The position numbers and the translations under genes are program-made. The notes below the pieces were generated by a model. The model was not told where the DNA came from and searched no databases. It saw only the letters and a program-made list of their open reading frames with translations. A stretch of 63,719 bases of DNA, the filler included, from Octopus bimaculoides (Eukaryota): the NCBI RefSeq assembly GCF_001194135.2. It is 6 parts of 6 records of this genome, joined end to end, with 100 filler letters (N's around TTAATTAATTAA, not from the genome) between each part and the next. Parts side by side here need not be neighbours in the genome. Positions count along the whole stretch, not along the records: positions 1 to 22,035 come from NC_068992.1; 5 more parts are not named here. One strand, written 5' to 3'. Every line of letters begins with the position of its first letter. Position 1 is the first letter of the stretch. Positions 1-14,570 of the stretch are shown one piece after another.

Positions 1-47
1 GGGGACCATCTCGGTTGCTTTCCCCGACTATACAGGAGGGACCTGTA

Positions 48-210
<163 letters not shown>

Positions 211-496
211 TATCTGCTAGTGTGTCGGTCTACTAGACTCCCAGATGTAGGTAGACTCAGATAGGCAGACTGACAGACACACATATTCGTACGCATATAT
301 ACATAAACGCATACCCATATACTCATTGCATAAACATACTGCACAAATCTATGCGCATGCACATACACACGTGTGCATGTNNNNNNNNNNNNNNNNNNNN
401 NNNNNNNNNNNNNNNNNNNNNNNNNNNNNNNNNNNNNNNNNNNNNNNNNNNNNNNNNNNNNNNNNNNNNNNNNNNNNNNNCACACACACACAAACA

Positions 497-720
497 AACA
501 ACCTGGATCGCATCCAGAGAAGGGTTACGAGGCTGACTGGTGTTCTATCAGTAAAGGGCACGCTCCAGTCTTTGACTCACAGGAGCCCTGTCTACTCTCA
601 ATCTTTTCTGTAACTACTAGAATGGCCTTTGTATTACCCACGATCCACTCATCTCTCTACCATTCGTCAGCCTTGGCCCCGTCCAACCAAGCTTCCTACC
701 GCCGCATGGATAGAAACTAA
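497..720 (+). mobile_element. L2/CR1/Jockey-group LINE RT C-terminal remnant
   Basis: NLDRIQRRVTRLTG...LQSLTHR, then after a frameshift ALSTLNLFCNY*NGLC. This resembles the LDRIQ.RA.R / LQSL.HRR...LFY.Y..G.C thumb region. Confidence 0.55.
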
Positions 721-939
721 TTCTGTTTAAGGGTTAGGTTAAGGGTACACGTGGTTTGTGGAATGCTCACTCAACTACTTATGCGCTTGTTCAATCATTA
801 ATCTTTTTTGTCTTTTATCTTTAATTTGTGTCACTCATTAAATTAACTCTTCAAAGGTATTAGACGGGGAGATAATCAAAGCAACACGGCTTGTGTGGTT
901 GTCAAGCGATGGAAAGGACAAACACACATAACATACATA

Positions 940-974
<35 letters not shown>

Positions 975-1959
975 TTGAAGAGCGTAGGCTCGAAACGTCA
1001 AAGACTTTCTCTATTCCCGAGCGTTAAACTAATACATCCATTTGATGTTTACACCACCTGTCTTCGTNNNNNNNNNNNNNNNNNNNNNNNNNNNNNNNNN
1101 NNNNNNNNNNNNNNNNNNNNNNNNNNNNNNNNNNNNNNNNNNNNNNNNNNNNNNNNNNNNNNNNNNNNNNNNNNNNNNNNNNNNNNNNNNNNNNNNNNNN
1201 NNNNNNNNNNNNNNNNNNNNNNNNNNNNNNNNNNNNNNNNNNNNNNNNNNNNNNNNNNNNNNNNNNNNNNNNNNNNNNNNNNNNNNNNNNNNNNNNNNNN
1301 NNNNNNNNNNNNNNNNNNNNNNNNNNNNNNNNNNNNNATATATATATATATATATATACATGCATATATACACATATATATGTACACACACACACACACA
1401 CACACATACATATATATATACATGCATACATATATATATATAAATATAAAGCAAATAAGTAACAAGGGTGTCCAGGTATGAGTGGATTACGGCTGTTTTA
1501 GGCGGCTCCATTTAATCTAACAATGATTGAAACGGCCGTAAGGCACTAATACCTTGACATCCTTGTACTTATTAGCTTCTTATTCACCTTACTTCAAGCT
1601 GTGCGGATAATACCGGACTGGCTTGGTGCTTCAACTTAAGTACCTAATTCAACCGAATCTCTCTCTCTCTCTCTCTGAACTGGAACCCAAGTGATTACAA
1701 AACGAGCTTTTAACCACTAAGTCACACAATCTTCATTAAAGAGTTCACTATTGAATAAATGGACTTGGAATACTCGACATCGAAAGATGGTAGATACATG
1801 TATATGTTATACTTTAATAATTTTAATTTCTTATATAATTGTGGGATTACTTGGAGCTCTATATAAATTCTTTCCTATCACACTTCATCTACATCACCTC
1901 GACCTCACAATTAAATTGTATTGCGTATGCTGATATGTCCATGAGTATGTGTATGTTCA

Positions 1960-1966
1960 TGATACA

Positions 1967-2000
<34 letters not shown>

Positions 2001-2276
2001 CATATATACAAACATGTTATTTCCCCGCCTAAAACGTTTGTATAAATACATACAAGAGTTTTAGACGTGAAAATAAAGCAACACTGCTTGTATGTGTATA
2101 TATGTATATACACATACATACATACATACATACATACATACATACATGCATACATACATGCATACATACATGCATACATACGTACGTACGTACATGTATA
2201 CATACATATCCAAAATTATATACAACCTCCCCCATATATATATATATTCATGCGTATGTGTATGCATACGACAATG

Positions 2277-2337
<61 letters not shown>

Positions 2338-2645
2338 TGATGATGATGTGGTAGTGAAAATGATGATAACAACAATAACAATAATTATAATTATGTATAA
2401 GCACACTTACATACATCCATACGTATATATATTTACATTAACACACAGTCTCTCTCTCACACACACACACAAACAAATACACATATTCACATACATATAC
2501 ACATACATACATGCGTACATGCATACATACATACATGCAAAACATACATACATGTAAAACACACAAATACATACATACATACATACATACATTCATACAT
2601 ACATACGTACATACATATATACATACATACATACATATATATGTA
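1960..2645. repeat. Compound (TACA)n / (TAA)n / (CA)n microsatellite field
   Basis: Directly visible; it generates the HTYI and poly-I/N ORFs. Confidence 0.95.
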
Positions 2646-3859
2646 ATTGATTGCTTTTGCAGTCGTGCACTAAAATAACCTTGGAGTTACCATTAGCAAA
2701 AAAAATGGTAAATTCTGATAAACTGACACTTGAGATATATGTTCCGAAAACTGATACCCGAAAATACCCCTTAAATACACACTAATTTTTACTTCATTTG
2801 AAAACATTCCTTTCTCCTCTCACGGTTTTTGTTTTTCTTGTCATTTTGAAATGACTTTCTCCGGTTTTTGATTAAAATTGAAACGATTTATTTCGTAAAA
2901 AAATCTGTTAAAAGAGATAGCAGAATGCAGCAAGTTCCACTTCGTTCAAATTTCTTTAATGATTAATTAAAGATAGTGAAAACGTGGTAGAAAATGGAAC
3001 CGTAGTTAAGAATTTAAAATTAGCAGACATGTACTAAAGAACGTGGTGAAAGTTAGACTAAAATTTAAAAGAGATATCCCTGGGACAATTTCTAGATTTG
3101 ATGTGTCTTTTAGGTTATCAACTATTCTGTTAACATAAGAACTGAAATGCCGAAATATAGACATCCCTTTACTTCGACTGCTTTACGAAAACTTTGCGTT
3201 CCTAAGAATTATGTTGCCCAGTCGAATTCCGTAACGCGGAAAGTACATTGACTTTTATGTAAAGTGAAATCAATGGAAAAACAGTTTTCACGTTACAGAA
3301 TACCACGTTAAAATAAGCTTTTCAGAATTGCAGAGTTTTCGTAATGCAGAGGATACAGCTACTTACCAAAAAATCAAGAGAGAAACAATCAGAAATTTGG
3401 GGACATGTGCTAATCGATATCACCGATTTCATCAATTGATTGGGGGATGTTTTCTGTTTTGCTGGCCACGAAATGATGAAATGCATAATTGACTTTAAGA
3501 GGCTGAGAAAACCCTGGGATAATTTTTGGAACTGATGTGTTTTCTACAAAAACAAAGTTGATCGTGGGACAGTTATTCCAATAAGCAATTTGAAGACAGG
3601 ACGCAGAGCAGGAATGAGATTGCTGGATATTCATGCCTTTCTTAAAGAAGGATTATAAGAATAAGGGAAGTTAATCGTCATTAAGTGGATATAGAATTCG
3701 GGATGCGCATTTGATGTATCGTGAGGCTTGTTGGCCACCATTCCTCGGCAAAGGTCAGTTATGGTGGTAGCATATTTAAAAGTTAGAAATTTTCTTTCAT
3801 GAAATTCTGGGAACATTGTTCTGTCAACTTGGGTAGAAAACCCCAATGTCTACAGATGA

Positions 3860-4228
3860 TAAAAACACGACGACGACGATGATGACGATGACGATGACAA
3901 TGATGCTGCTGCTGCTACTGCTGCTGCTACTGCTGATGGTGATGATGATGATGATAGTGATGATGGAGTTGGTGGTGCTGGTCTTAATGTTGATGATGAT
4001 AATGAGGATGATAATTTGGATGATAATGAGGATAACGAAATTGTTTATGACGATGGTGTTGGTTATGTCGACAATGATGGCGGTGGTAACGGTGATAACT
4101 ATAACGAGGCTCTGGAAATATTAAGGGTCATGAACGCTGTCTTTTCCTGTTTGGTTAAACGGTAACACCCCCACCCCCGCATATTTTATGTTCCCTACTT
4201 AACACATTTAATATAATCATCGACATAA

Positions 4229-4259
<31 letters not shown>

Positions 4260-4395
4260 CATCAACATCGTCATCATCATATTGATTGTCATCGCTCGTA
4301 TCATCCTCCTCCTCCTCCTCCTCCTCATCATCATCATCATATTGATCATCATCGTGTCCGTATCGTCGTCATCATCATCATCTTCATCATGATCG

Positions 4396-4448
<53 letters not shown>

Positions 4449-4705
4449 TTCATCACGATCGTCATCATCATCATCATCATTATCATCAACACCATCATCA
4501 CGAACGTCAACAACAGTATCGCTATCACCATCAACACCATCATCAACTCCGTCATCACCGTCATCACTATAACCGCTACTCTCAACATTACTAAATCCAC
4601 CACCACCACCACCATCAGCACCACCACCACCACCAGCACGATCGACACCCTCACTCACATTGCTGGCACCATCACCATCAGCACCATCATCATAATCATT
4701 AATAT
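3860..4705. repeat. Low-complexity trinucleotide field (GAT-rich, then CAT/CAC-rich)
   Basis: Directly visible; it is the source of the poly-M, poly-D and poly-I ORFs. Confidence 0.9.
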
Positions 4706-5073
4706 GCTGCAGTTATTATATGTTCGCAGAGTTCGAAAAAGGAAACTAAAACCCGTCGCCCTCTGTACAACGGCGGCGTCAGACCGAGATGAAAGGCGAC
4801 CCCAACGTCCCTCCAGTACAAGAATTAACCCTTAAGGGAATGTTACATACAGCGTGATGGGTAGTGCCTGCTTCACCGCTAAAGCAGTCATTATGTTTAA
4901 CAATGTGGTTAGGGTGAGGTGCCGGTTTAACGCATTCAGATATTATTTTCAGGTCACCAGTGTAAAACCTTCTGTGAATTTGTCGTTACCCCACCTCGCG
5001 AATTTATATATATATATACTAATGTATATATATATGTATATATATAAAATGCATGTATGTATGAATACATATG

Positions 5074-5110
<37 letters not shown>

Positions 5111-5714
5111 NNNNNNNNNNNNNNNNNNNNNNNNNNNNNNNNNNNNNNNNNNNNNNNNNNNNNNNNNNNNNNNNNNNNNNNNNNNNNNNNNNNNNNNNNN
5201 NNNNNNNNNNNNNNNNNNNNNNNNNNNNNNNNNNNNNNNNNNNNNNNNNNNNNNNNNNNNNNNNNNNNNNNNNNNNNNNNNNNNNNNNNNNNNNNNNNNN
5301 NNNNNNNNNNNNNNNNNNNNNNNNNNNNNNNNNNNNNNNNNNNNNNNNNNNNNNNNNNNNNNNNNNNNNNNNNNNNNNNNNNNNNNNNNNNNNNNNNNNN
5401 NNNNNNNNNNNNNNNNNNNNNNNNNNNNNNNNNNNNNNNNNNNNNNNNNNNNNNNNNNNNNNNNNNNNNNNNNNNNNNNNNNNNNNNNNNNNNNNNNNNN
5501 NNNNNNNNNNNNNNNNNNNNNNNNNNNNNNNNNNNNNNNNNNNNNNNNNNNNNNNNNATATATATATATATATATATATATATACACTCACGTATATGTG
5601 TGTATTCATGCATACATACGCAAGTAAATACAAACGACTAGAAATGACCCCTTGCATAGTCAAAGTTATTTTGAGAAAAGGGAGGTATCCATGAATGCAA
5701 CAGAAGAGATTAAG

Positions 5715-5795
5715 CGTTGGAAATGTAATCTTTGTGTCCAACATTTCCAACGTCGGTCCAAATCTGGTTACATAAGCCACATGAAATCTCAGAGC
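5715..5795 (+). pseudogene. Possible decayed C2H2 zinc-finger fragment, probably LINE-derived
   Basis: WKCNLCVQHFQRRSKSGYISHMKSQ has C-x2-C and one His; the last ligand is missing. Confidence 0.3.
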
Positions 5796-8784
5796 AATTT
5801 ACGAAATCAAGGTGCATTTAACAATGATTTTATGGTAAAAATCCCAAAGTATTATGTGGAAAATATATGTTACAGCAACCTGGGCTTATGAATAGACATA
5901 AATAAGTTATATAAACCGTATAGAAGTTTTGAATATTATTTGTCACATATGCAGGTCAACTGCCGGTAATAAATCATGTCAGAGTAGAGAAACATCAAGG
6001 GAGATTATCGGGATGATGTACAGTAATCGAGGCGGCTACCATCTGTCAACTTTTGTACGTATGGGTGAATTTATGTATACATGCATATACACACATGCGT
6101 GTCAGCTACATGAAAATATAGAAATAGATATTAAGGGCGAACATGCATACACATGCATATATACATTAAAATATAGAAATAGGTATTAAGGGCGATATTA
6201 AGTGCGGGAGCTTAATATAGATTTGAAGAGGACTATATATTTTTATTGCTAGCTGGATTTTTCATCGTTGCGTTACATCCGTTTCGCAAAAACAGTAAAA
6301 GGTAAGTTTATTATTGTAACATGATATATTGTTTCCTATAAGAGATTGAAACAAATCGCTACGTCTGCCGTTGGATTATTTAATATGATAAGAGAGATAT
6401 TTTCATTGGTTGTTGTATGTAAATGGTTTCTGCGTTTTTTGTTCGTTTAAACCTTTTTGGAGTTGAATGTGTGTAATTTGCTAAGACACTGACAACAGGA
6501 TTTGAGGGTGATTTGGCTGCTATTTCAAGGCGATCGAATGATTACAAAAGATGTTCTGTTCTTTTTCTTTTTTTTCTCTTTCTACTTGTATCAGTCATTA
6601 GGCTGCGTCCATGCTGGGGCACCGCTATGAAGAAATTTAGCCGAATGAATCAACCCTAGTACCTTTTTTTCTTTTTAAAGCGTAGTACTTATTCGACCGA
6701 TCTCTTTTGCCGTCCTAAGAAGAGTCTTCGTTATCTCTTGCATTTGTAGGTTTCTATGAATTCGTTTGAAGTGTTTGATATTATTTAAATTGCCTTGTCT
6801 GACATAAGTTTGTCTGTGCGCCACAGTATCTGAACAATGAGGTGAGCTGAAGATAAGTTAAAGCAGAACGCATCTATATCCTAAAAATTAAGTAAGTAGA
6901 AACTTCAAAATAGAAAATTCCTTTGAGATAACATTCCACCTGAACCAGAAAATACCCAAATATTACATTAAACCAGACGACTTAGCTTATATATAGATAA
7001 TAATTGAAACCACCCACCTACAATGTGTTCTTAGAAACCTTCAAATCATTTTGAGATATGAATCTTTGTAGTCCCTAATGGCGAAACTTCATATCATAGA
7101 TACACAAGATGAATGAGAATAGGCAAGACTGAGACGATGGGATTTATTCTAACTCAATGAATGCAGGAAAATTTATAGCCCGAACTCACTTAAATACACT
7201 ACAAACTTTGCTAGCTTTCTAGCATTTATTAATAATAAGAAAATATAATTTGAACTATCACAACGCAGAGACTGAAAATAAAGAACTGTAGTTACCGTTC
7301 TCAAAACGTTTGACTAATCAATGGGGAATAGTCTCGAAAGAATCCTTTACATACGCAGCCGTCATATCAAACATTAACTAAAACAGCGTTAATAATATGA
7401 GAATGACTGCTTAATATATTTAAGAACAGGCTCTATCAACATAATCATACATTTAGAACATTGCAAAGCAGATTTGATACAACAGATGCAAAATAGATCT
7501 GGAGAAAATATTACGAACGGGCAACTCTTAGACAAGGCATAGGTTTATCGGTAGTGTTTCTGCATTCTAAAACAAGACATAATTTCTAAAACATTGAACT
7601 AAAACTGTGAATAAACATAAAATTAATTTCTTCATGCACTCACATGCGCAGACACCTTAAATAACACAGTGGTATGTCAACAGCAGTAACTTGATATCCA
7701 AACAAAACATACTTCTCTTTTATTTTTTAAATAATAGTTCGCGCCTTAATTGGTTTTAACGCCAGAATAACCTTCTCTGCCTAGAAATCTTCTGACATTT
7801 TCCCAAGTAAATGAACAGAGAATAATTAAATAAACTGGATTCTTTAACCCTAAAATAATTCACATAAAAAAACCCAAACAAAAGGACCTCCTTCTTTAAA
7901 AAAAAAAATCACGCATTAAGTGCGATACATGGACGCAAATAAACCAACACCGACTGTCAAGCCTTGGTTGAGGCTAAACACAAACACAAATACATAAATA
8001 GATATACACAAACACACACACAGAGAAACATATATATATATATATACAAACATTCATGTACATATACACATGTTTGTATATGCAATTATGCATGCATGTA
8101 ACATTCGAATACGTGTTTATGTATGTATANNNNNNNNNNNNNNNNNNNNNNNNNNNNNNNNNNNNNNNNNNNNNNNNNNNNNNNNNNNNNNNNNNNNNNN
8201 NNNNNNNNNNNNNNNNNNNNNNNNNNNNNNNNNNNNNNNNNNNNNNNNNNNNNNNNNNNNNNNNNNNNNNNNNNNNNNNNNNNNNNNNNNNNNNNNNNNN
8301 NNNNNNNNNNNNNNNNNNNNNNNNNNNNNNNNNNNNNNNNNNNNNNNNNNNNNNNNNNNNNNNNNNNNNNNNNNNNNNNNNNNNNNNNNNNNNNNNNNNN
8401 NNNNNNNNNNNNNNNNNNNNNNNNNNNNNNNNNNNNNNNNNNNNNNNNNNNNNNNNNNNNNNNNNNNNNNNNNNNNNNNNNNNNNNNNNNNNNNNNNNNN
8501 NNNNNNNNNNNNNNNNNNNNNNNNNNNNNNNNNNNNNNNNNNNNNNNNNNNNNNNNNNNNNNNNNNNNNNNNNNNNNNNNNNNNNNNNNNNNNNNNNNNN
8601 NNNNNNNNNNNNNNNNNNNNNNNNNNNNNNNNNNNNNNNNNNNNNNNNNNNNNNNNNNNNNNNNNNNNNNNNNNNNNNNNNNNNNNNNNNNNNNNNNNNN
8701 NNNNNNNNNNNNNNNNNNNNNNNNNNNNNNNNNNNNNNNNNNNNNNNNNNNNNNNNNNNNNNNNNNNNNNNNNNNNNNNNNNNN

Positions 8785-8879
<95 letters not shown>

Positions 8880-9440
8880 GCATGTAATGTTTGACAGGCC
8901 TCTGAAAATATTTCCGACTACAATTATTCACGCACAAAGTATTTGTGAACCGGAGGATATAATAAACGACTCTCGCTCTGGGAAAACCTACAGAGGGATC
9001 GAACTAGAAACGACGTAATTGTGAAACGACCTCCTTAACCACATATCCAATCTCATCTCAAAATGCTACATTTCCCCCTCGACTCAAATGTATGTAACCC
9101 TATACGTTAAGGGCGTAAACAAGCGAAACCTCCACAAAACACGAACATTTCAACACTCATTGACCTTGGTAAACTGTGACATCTTTAACGAAACTGACAC
9201 CATTATTCTCATCTCTGCCAAAGCTGATGACGACTAATTGCCATAATTAAGATTAATTATCTTGTATAGTCGCAGAGTAACAAGATTTTATCCCATCACA
9301 CAATTCCAGACTTTGCTGATTCTGGCTGACATTAATGGCGGTTTTGGGACAGAATGTTTTGTGACGACTGACGAACGAAAGGATATCTTTTATGGAGTTC
9401 AGCTTCCATCATCAGAAGAGTCAATGTCACTAATGAAGTT

Positions 9441-9484
<44 letters not shown>

Positions 9485-9909
9485 NNNNNNNNNNNNNNNN
9501 NNNNNNNNNNNNNNNNNNNNNNNNNNNNNNNNNNNNNNNNNNNNNNNNNNNNNNNNNNNNNNNNNNNNNNNNNNNNNNNNNNNNNNNNNNNNNNNNNNNN
9601 NNNNNNNNNNNNNNNNNNNNNNNNNNNNNNNNNNNNNNNNNNNNNNNNNNNNNNNNNNNNNNNNNNNNNNNNNNNNNNNNNNNNNNNNNNNNNNNNNNNN
9701 NNNNNNNNNNNNNNNNNNNNNNNNNNNNNNNNNNNNNNNNNNNNNNNNNNNNNNNNNNNNNNNNNNNNNNNNNNNNNNNNNNNNNNNNNNNNNNNNNNNN
9801 NNNNNNNNNNNNNNNNNNNNNNNNNNNNNNNNNNNNNNNNNNNNNNNNNNNNNNNNNNNNNNNNNNNNNNNNNNNNNNNNNNNNNNNNNNNNNNNNNNNN
9901 NNNNNNNNN

Positions 9910-9960
<51 letters not shown>

Positions 9961-10162
9961 ATGAATATGAGTGTATATATATGTTTATATGTATTTATGC
10001 GTATACACACGCTTATATATATTCACATATATATATATACATATATACATACAAACTGTGGAATCCGTTTACTAGAATCATCACACCTTTATTGTTATCA
10101 ACCGACTACTTTTTAGTAAGAATTAGCAAGTTGTCAAGTGATCACAATAGCAACCGTTTTTC

Positions 10163-10197
<35 letters not shown>

Positions 10198-10494
10198 ATA
10201 TGTAGACATATGTCCAGAGAACGCACATATATGATATATACAAAGACATATTTACACACTCACGATAATTAAAAATATTTCAATCTCCACAAAGAAAGAA
10301 AAGTAGGGTTCGATTATAAGGGGAGAGAATATAGTAAAGGCTCTTACTGCTCCTTTTTATGTAAATAAATAGCAAGATATATACTGTCTCTACAGAGAAT
10401 TGGCTGAAATAAACACACTGCTAACGACCTTGTAATATTGACGAAACTAATGGAGTTGTCCCCAAATCATGTTGGAGATAGATAGATAGAGACT

Positions 10495-10545
<51 letters not shown>

Positions 10546-11325
10546 AGATGGAGAGAGAGAGAGGGGGAGAGAGGGGGAGAGAGAGGGAGAGAGAGAGGTG
10601 TTTTGAAAAAGTGTGTTATTTGCACATCGATCCATATAAATATACCTACATGCGATCCACTTACAGACACACATAACCATGCATGTATGCATGCACACGC
10701 GCACACACACACAGATATGTCGATCGGACTGGCGGACAGAAGACATGAGTTATTGCATGGTTGCATAATAGAAGAGTGAAATAACAACGTCCCATGTACG
10801 TCGAACAAATGGGAAATCTTCAGATACAACTACAATTGAATAAATTTGGATTCAGACTCGTATTTAATTCGGAAAAGGCGGCAAACTAGCAAAACTGTTA
10901 GCTTAACGGACAAAATGCTTTGTGGAATTTCTTCCGCTTAATTTTGTCCCCCATCGCTTCAGAGGTCGATAGTTTAAAGTACTTTCAAGTCATAGAGTCA
11001 ATGGTATAAAGTAGTTTTCAAGTCCTGGGGTCGTTGTAATGGACTCGCTTCCTACCCTCAAAACTTTTTGGCTTCCCGTTCAAGGGAAATGTAAAATCGG
11101 TCGCTAATATGCTACAGAAACCAGGAAACCGTCTTCTTGAGTCGTAGGGCCCAAGAAACGAAAAAGAAATTAGGCAACATAATTATATAATGAAGTGCTG
11201 CTTCAACGGTAATTTGGAGAGGCTGGGCTTCACGAATCCTGAAAGAACACGGTTAATTAAGAAATTACTCCCAAACCATTAATTGAGATGCGAAAGTATG
11301 TAAAACATCATTGGCGTTTGACTTG

Positions 11326-11326
<1 letters not shown>

Positions 11327-11424
<98 letters not shown>

Positions 11425-11759
11425 TGTGTGTGTGTGTGTGTTTATGTGTATATATATATATATACACACGTGTTGACGTGCAAGCGTACACAAACACATA
11501 CAAGCACATAAACACACACACACTCTCTCTCTCATACACACAAACGCGCGCGTGCATACACATATATATGTATATTCGTACATATACACATACATATACA
11601 TACGTACATACATATGTACTTATATATACATACATACATACATGCATACATACGTACTTTCATGCATGCATACATCACACACACACATATATATATACAT
11701 ATATGTACATACTCATGTATACTTATATATATATATATATAGATATATATATATATATA
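11327..11759. repeat. (TG)n and mixed TA/CA microsatellites
   Basis: Directly visible and ending at a gap. Confidence 0.95.
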
Positions 11760-12571
11760 NNNNNNNNNNNNNNNNNNNNNNNNNNNNNNNNNNNNNNNNN
11801 NNNNNNNNNNNNNNNNNNNNNNNNNNNNNNNNNNNNNNNNNNNNNNNNNNNNNNNNNNNNNNNNNNNNNNNNNNNNNNNNNNNNNNNNNNNNNNNNNNNN
11901 NNNNNNNNNNNNNNNNNNNNNNNNNNNNNNNNNNNNNNNNNNNNNNNNNNNNNNNNNNNNNNNNNNNNNNNNNNNNNNNNNNNNNNNNNNNNNNNNNNNN
12001 NNNNNNNNNNNNNNNNNNNNNNNNNNNNNNNNNNNNNNNNNNNNNNNNNNNNNNNNNNNNNNNNNNNNNNNNNNNNNNNNNNNNNNNNNNNNNNNNNNNN
12101 NNNNNNNNNNNNNNNNNNNNNNNNNNNNNNNNNNNNNNNNNNNNNNNNNNNNNNNNNNNNNNNNNNNNNNNNNNNNNNNNNNNNNNNNNNNNNNNNNNNN
12201 NNNNNNNNNNNNNNNNNNNNNNNNNNNNNNNNNNNNNNNNNNNNNNNNNNNNNNNNNNNNNNNNNNNNNNNNNNNNNNNNNNNNNNNNNNNNNNNNNNNN
12301 NNNNNNNNNNNNNNNNNNNNNNNNNNNNNNNNNNNNNNNNNNNNNNNNNNNNNNNNNNNNNNNNNNNNNNNNNNNNNNNNNNNNNNNNNNNNNNNNNNNN
12401 NNNNNNNNNNNNNNNNNNNNNNNNNNNNNNNNNNNNNNNNNNNNNNNNNNNNNNNNNNNNNNNNNNNNNNNNNNNNNNNNNNNNNNNNNNNNNNNNNNNN
12501 NNNNNNNNNNNNNNNNNNNNNNNNNNNNNNNNNNNNNNNNNNNNNNNNNNNNNNNNNNNNNNNNNNNNNAG

Positions 12572-12622
<51 letters not shown>

Positions 12623-13611
12623 TACAATAGATGAAAAGAGAGAAGTATTATGAATGAAATATTGATGCAATGAAACCATGAATGAGAAACATGAATATAG
12701 TATTTCTGTAGTAGGACTACGAATGTCATATATTTATAGAGCGTATGGAGAAGGAATCCAGCTTTTATATATTAGATAACGTAACAGGTGTACGTATTGA
12801 AAGCTTGGAATAGATGAACTGATGGGTGACTAACTGTCTGTGTACATAGAACCTGCTTGTGAAGGTGCGTACAGGGTAGATTGAGAATATATTAATAACA
12901 GCCACTTGTGTGAGGGTGCGTGTGTATGTGTGTGTTTGTAAGTTTTGGTAATGCTATAACGAGGACGATGTAAAATGGCTGATGACTCACGGATTTCAAT
13001 TCTCTTGTGTAAGCAGTAATAACGTCTACATAACAAGTCATTCTACAGCAGAGAAGTACTTTTCTAACCGTTTAGGGAAGAAAGAACTTACATAATTTTT
13101 TTTTCTTTCTTTTGGTGAAAGTGTCAAAGTGTCACTAACGAAACTACAAGGCTATTAACGGCTACACTAGCTACTCAAGAGCCTTAACACCAGTTTTAGC
13201 ACCACACCCCAGCAAAAACATCTCGAGTCTTTAGATATTATTCTCCCATGTTAGTAAGTAGCTAACGGAGATAATATAGCAAAAGTATTTTTGAATTATA
13301 TATTTTAAAAAAGGGGGTTTTATGAATCATAGGAACAATTAACATAGATGAACATAATAAAGAAAACACAAATACTTCGAGACTCAGAGTTCTTCGTAAT
13401 ATAATGGAACCATAGGGTGCCAATTTATCGCCAAAATCTTTTGGTTGTCTTTGTTTTTCAGTTACGTGGCTCCAGTGCTGTATGGAGCAGAGAGAGAGAG
13501 GGGTGGGGTGTTTAGGAAAGAAAGAGAGGGGGGATATTAGGAAGGAGAGAGAGAGGGGGATTAAGAAAGTGAGAGAGGAGTGTTTAGGAAAGAGAGAAAG
13601 GGAGGGGGTAT

Positions 13612-13664
<53 letters not shown>

Positions 13665-13733
13665 NNNNNNNNNNNNNNNNNNNNNNNNNNNNNNNNNNNN
13701 NNNNNNNNNNNNNNNNNNNNNNNNNNNNNNNNN

Positions 13734-13774
<41 letters not shown>

Positions 13775-13846
13775 TGGTTAGGAAAGAGTGAGAGGGAGGG
13801 GATTAAGAAAGAGAGAGTGAGAAAGAGATGCGCATATATCGTTTTT

Positions 13847-13930
13847 TTAACCGTTGAACTCGAAGTAGACAAAGCTATATAGTTGCACGCTTTTATTTAT
13901 AGCTTCAGCTACATCGAGTTCAACCGTTAA
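13847..13930. mobile_element. Miniature TTAA-flanked inverted-repeat element (piggyBac-type MITE candidate)
   Basis: TTAA-ccgttgaactcgaagtag...agctata / tatagct...ctacatcgagttcaaccg-TTAA gives imperfect arms of about 33 bp. Confidence 0.55.
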
Positions 13931-13994
13931 TAGCGAGTCATTTCACGTTCTCTCGTCGTTCCTAATTTCTTTTAACGTAAACAGTACCCCACCC

Positions 13995-14104
13995 CCACAC
14001 ACACACACATGCACTGACACAGACACACACACACACACATGCACTGACACAGACACACACACACACACACATGCACTGACACAGACACACGCACACACAC
14101 ACAC
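13995..14104. repeat. Minisatellite of about 30 bp, three copies (atgcactgacacagacacac plus CA run)
   Basis: Three consecutive catgcactgacacagacacac units are visible. Confidence 0.85.
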
Positions 14105-14570
14105 TTGACGTCAAATCTATTATTCTAGTCTACCTTTTTCATGTCTCGTCATTGTTTCTCAATATGAGAAACAGAAGTCATTGAATAAGTCCGTCGCTAG
14201 GTTTGGCATCGTGGCTTGGACCAAGGAAGCTTCTGGCAGAGTCTAGTTTGTTACATTACAAAGACGCTGAACAGATTTTCTGTCTAAGTATAATTTTCTT
14301 GCTTGCTCTCACCCTTCCCGCCACCCTTAGCAAGTCATGTGCGCTGTCTTTCTTTCTCTGTTTAGGCCATATATATCGAATGACCAATTATAAACACCAC
14401 TGGAACTCACACACAAGGTACAGGAAACGTATATATACACCATTCTGCTTAAATAATGGAACTGCAAATACAATATCCTTACGTATCTCACGTCTGTTTT
14501 CATTCCTCTACTTCACTCTGTATTTTATATCTTCTCTATAGTAACTATTACTTAAATATTTTCTCGCACC

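Noticed and set aside
1487-1542. GAAACGGCCGTA as a hammerhead 3' half
   Set aside because: There is no CTGANGA upstream. The segment is instead one arm of a 15-bp imperfect inverted repeat (ttacggctgttttag / ttgaaacggccgtaa).
3410-3846. Two adjacent minus-strand ORFs of about 70 aa
   Set aside because: I found no recognisable motif in any frame and no convincing splice sites.
9385-9420. CTGATGA-TGGA...TCCA on minus (and similar CTGANGA hits at 6848, 19195, 26170, 27152, 46900)
   Set aside because: GAAA is missing after the putative helix II or helix I does not pair. These are expected chance matches.
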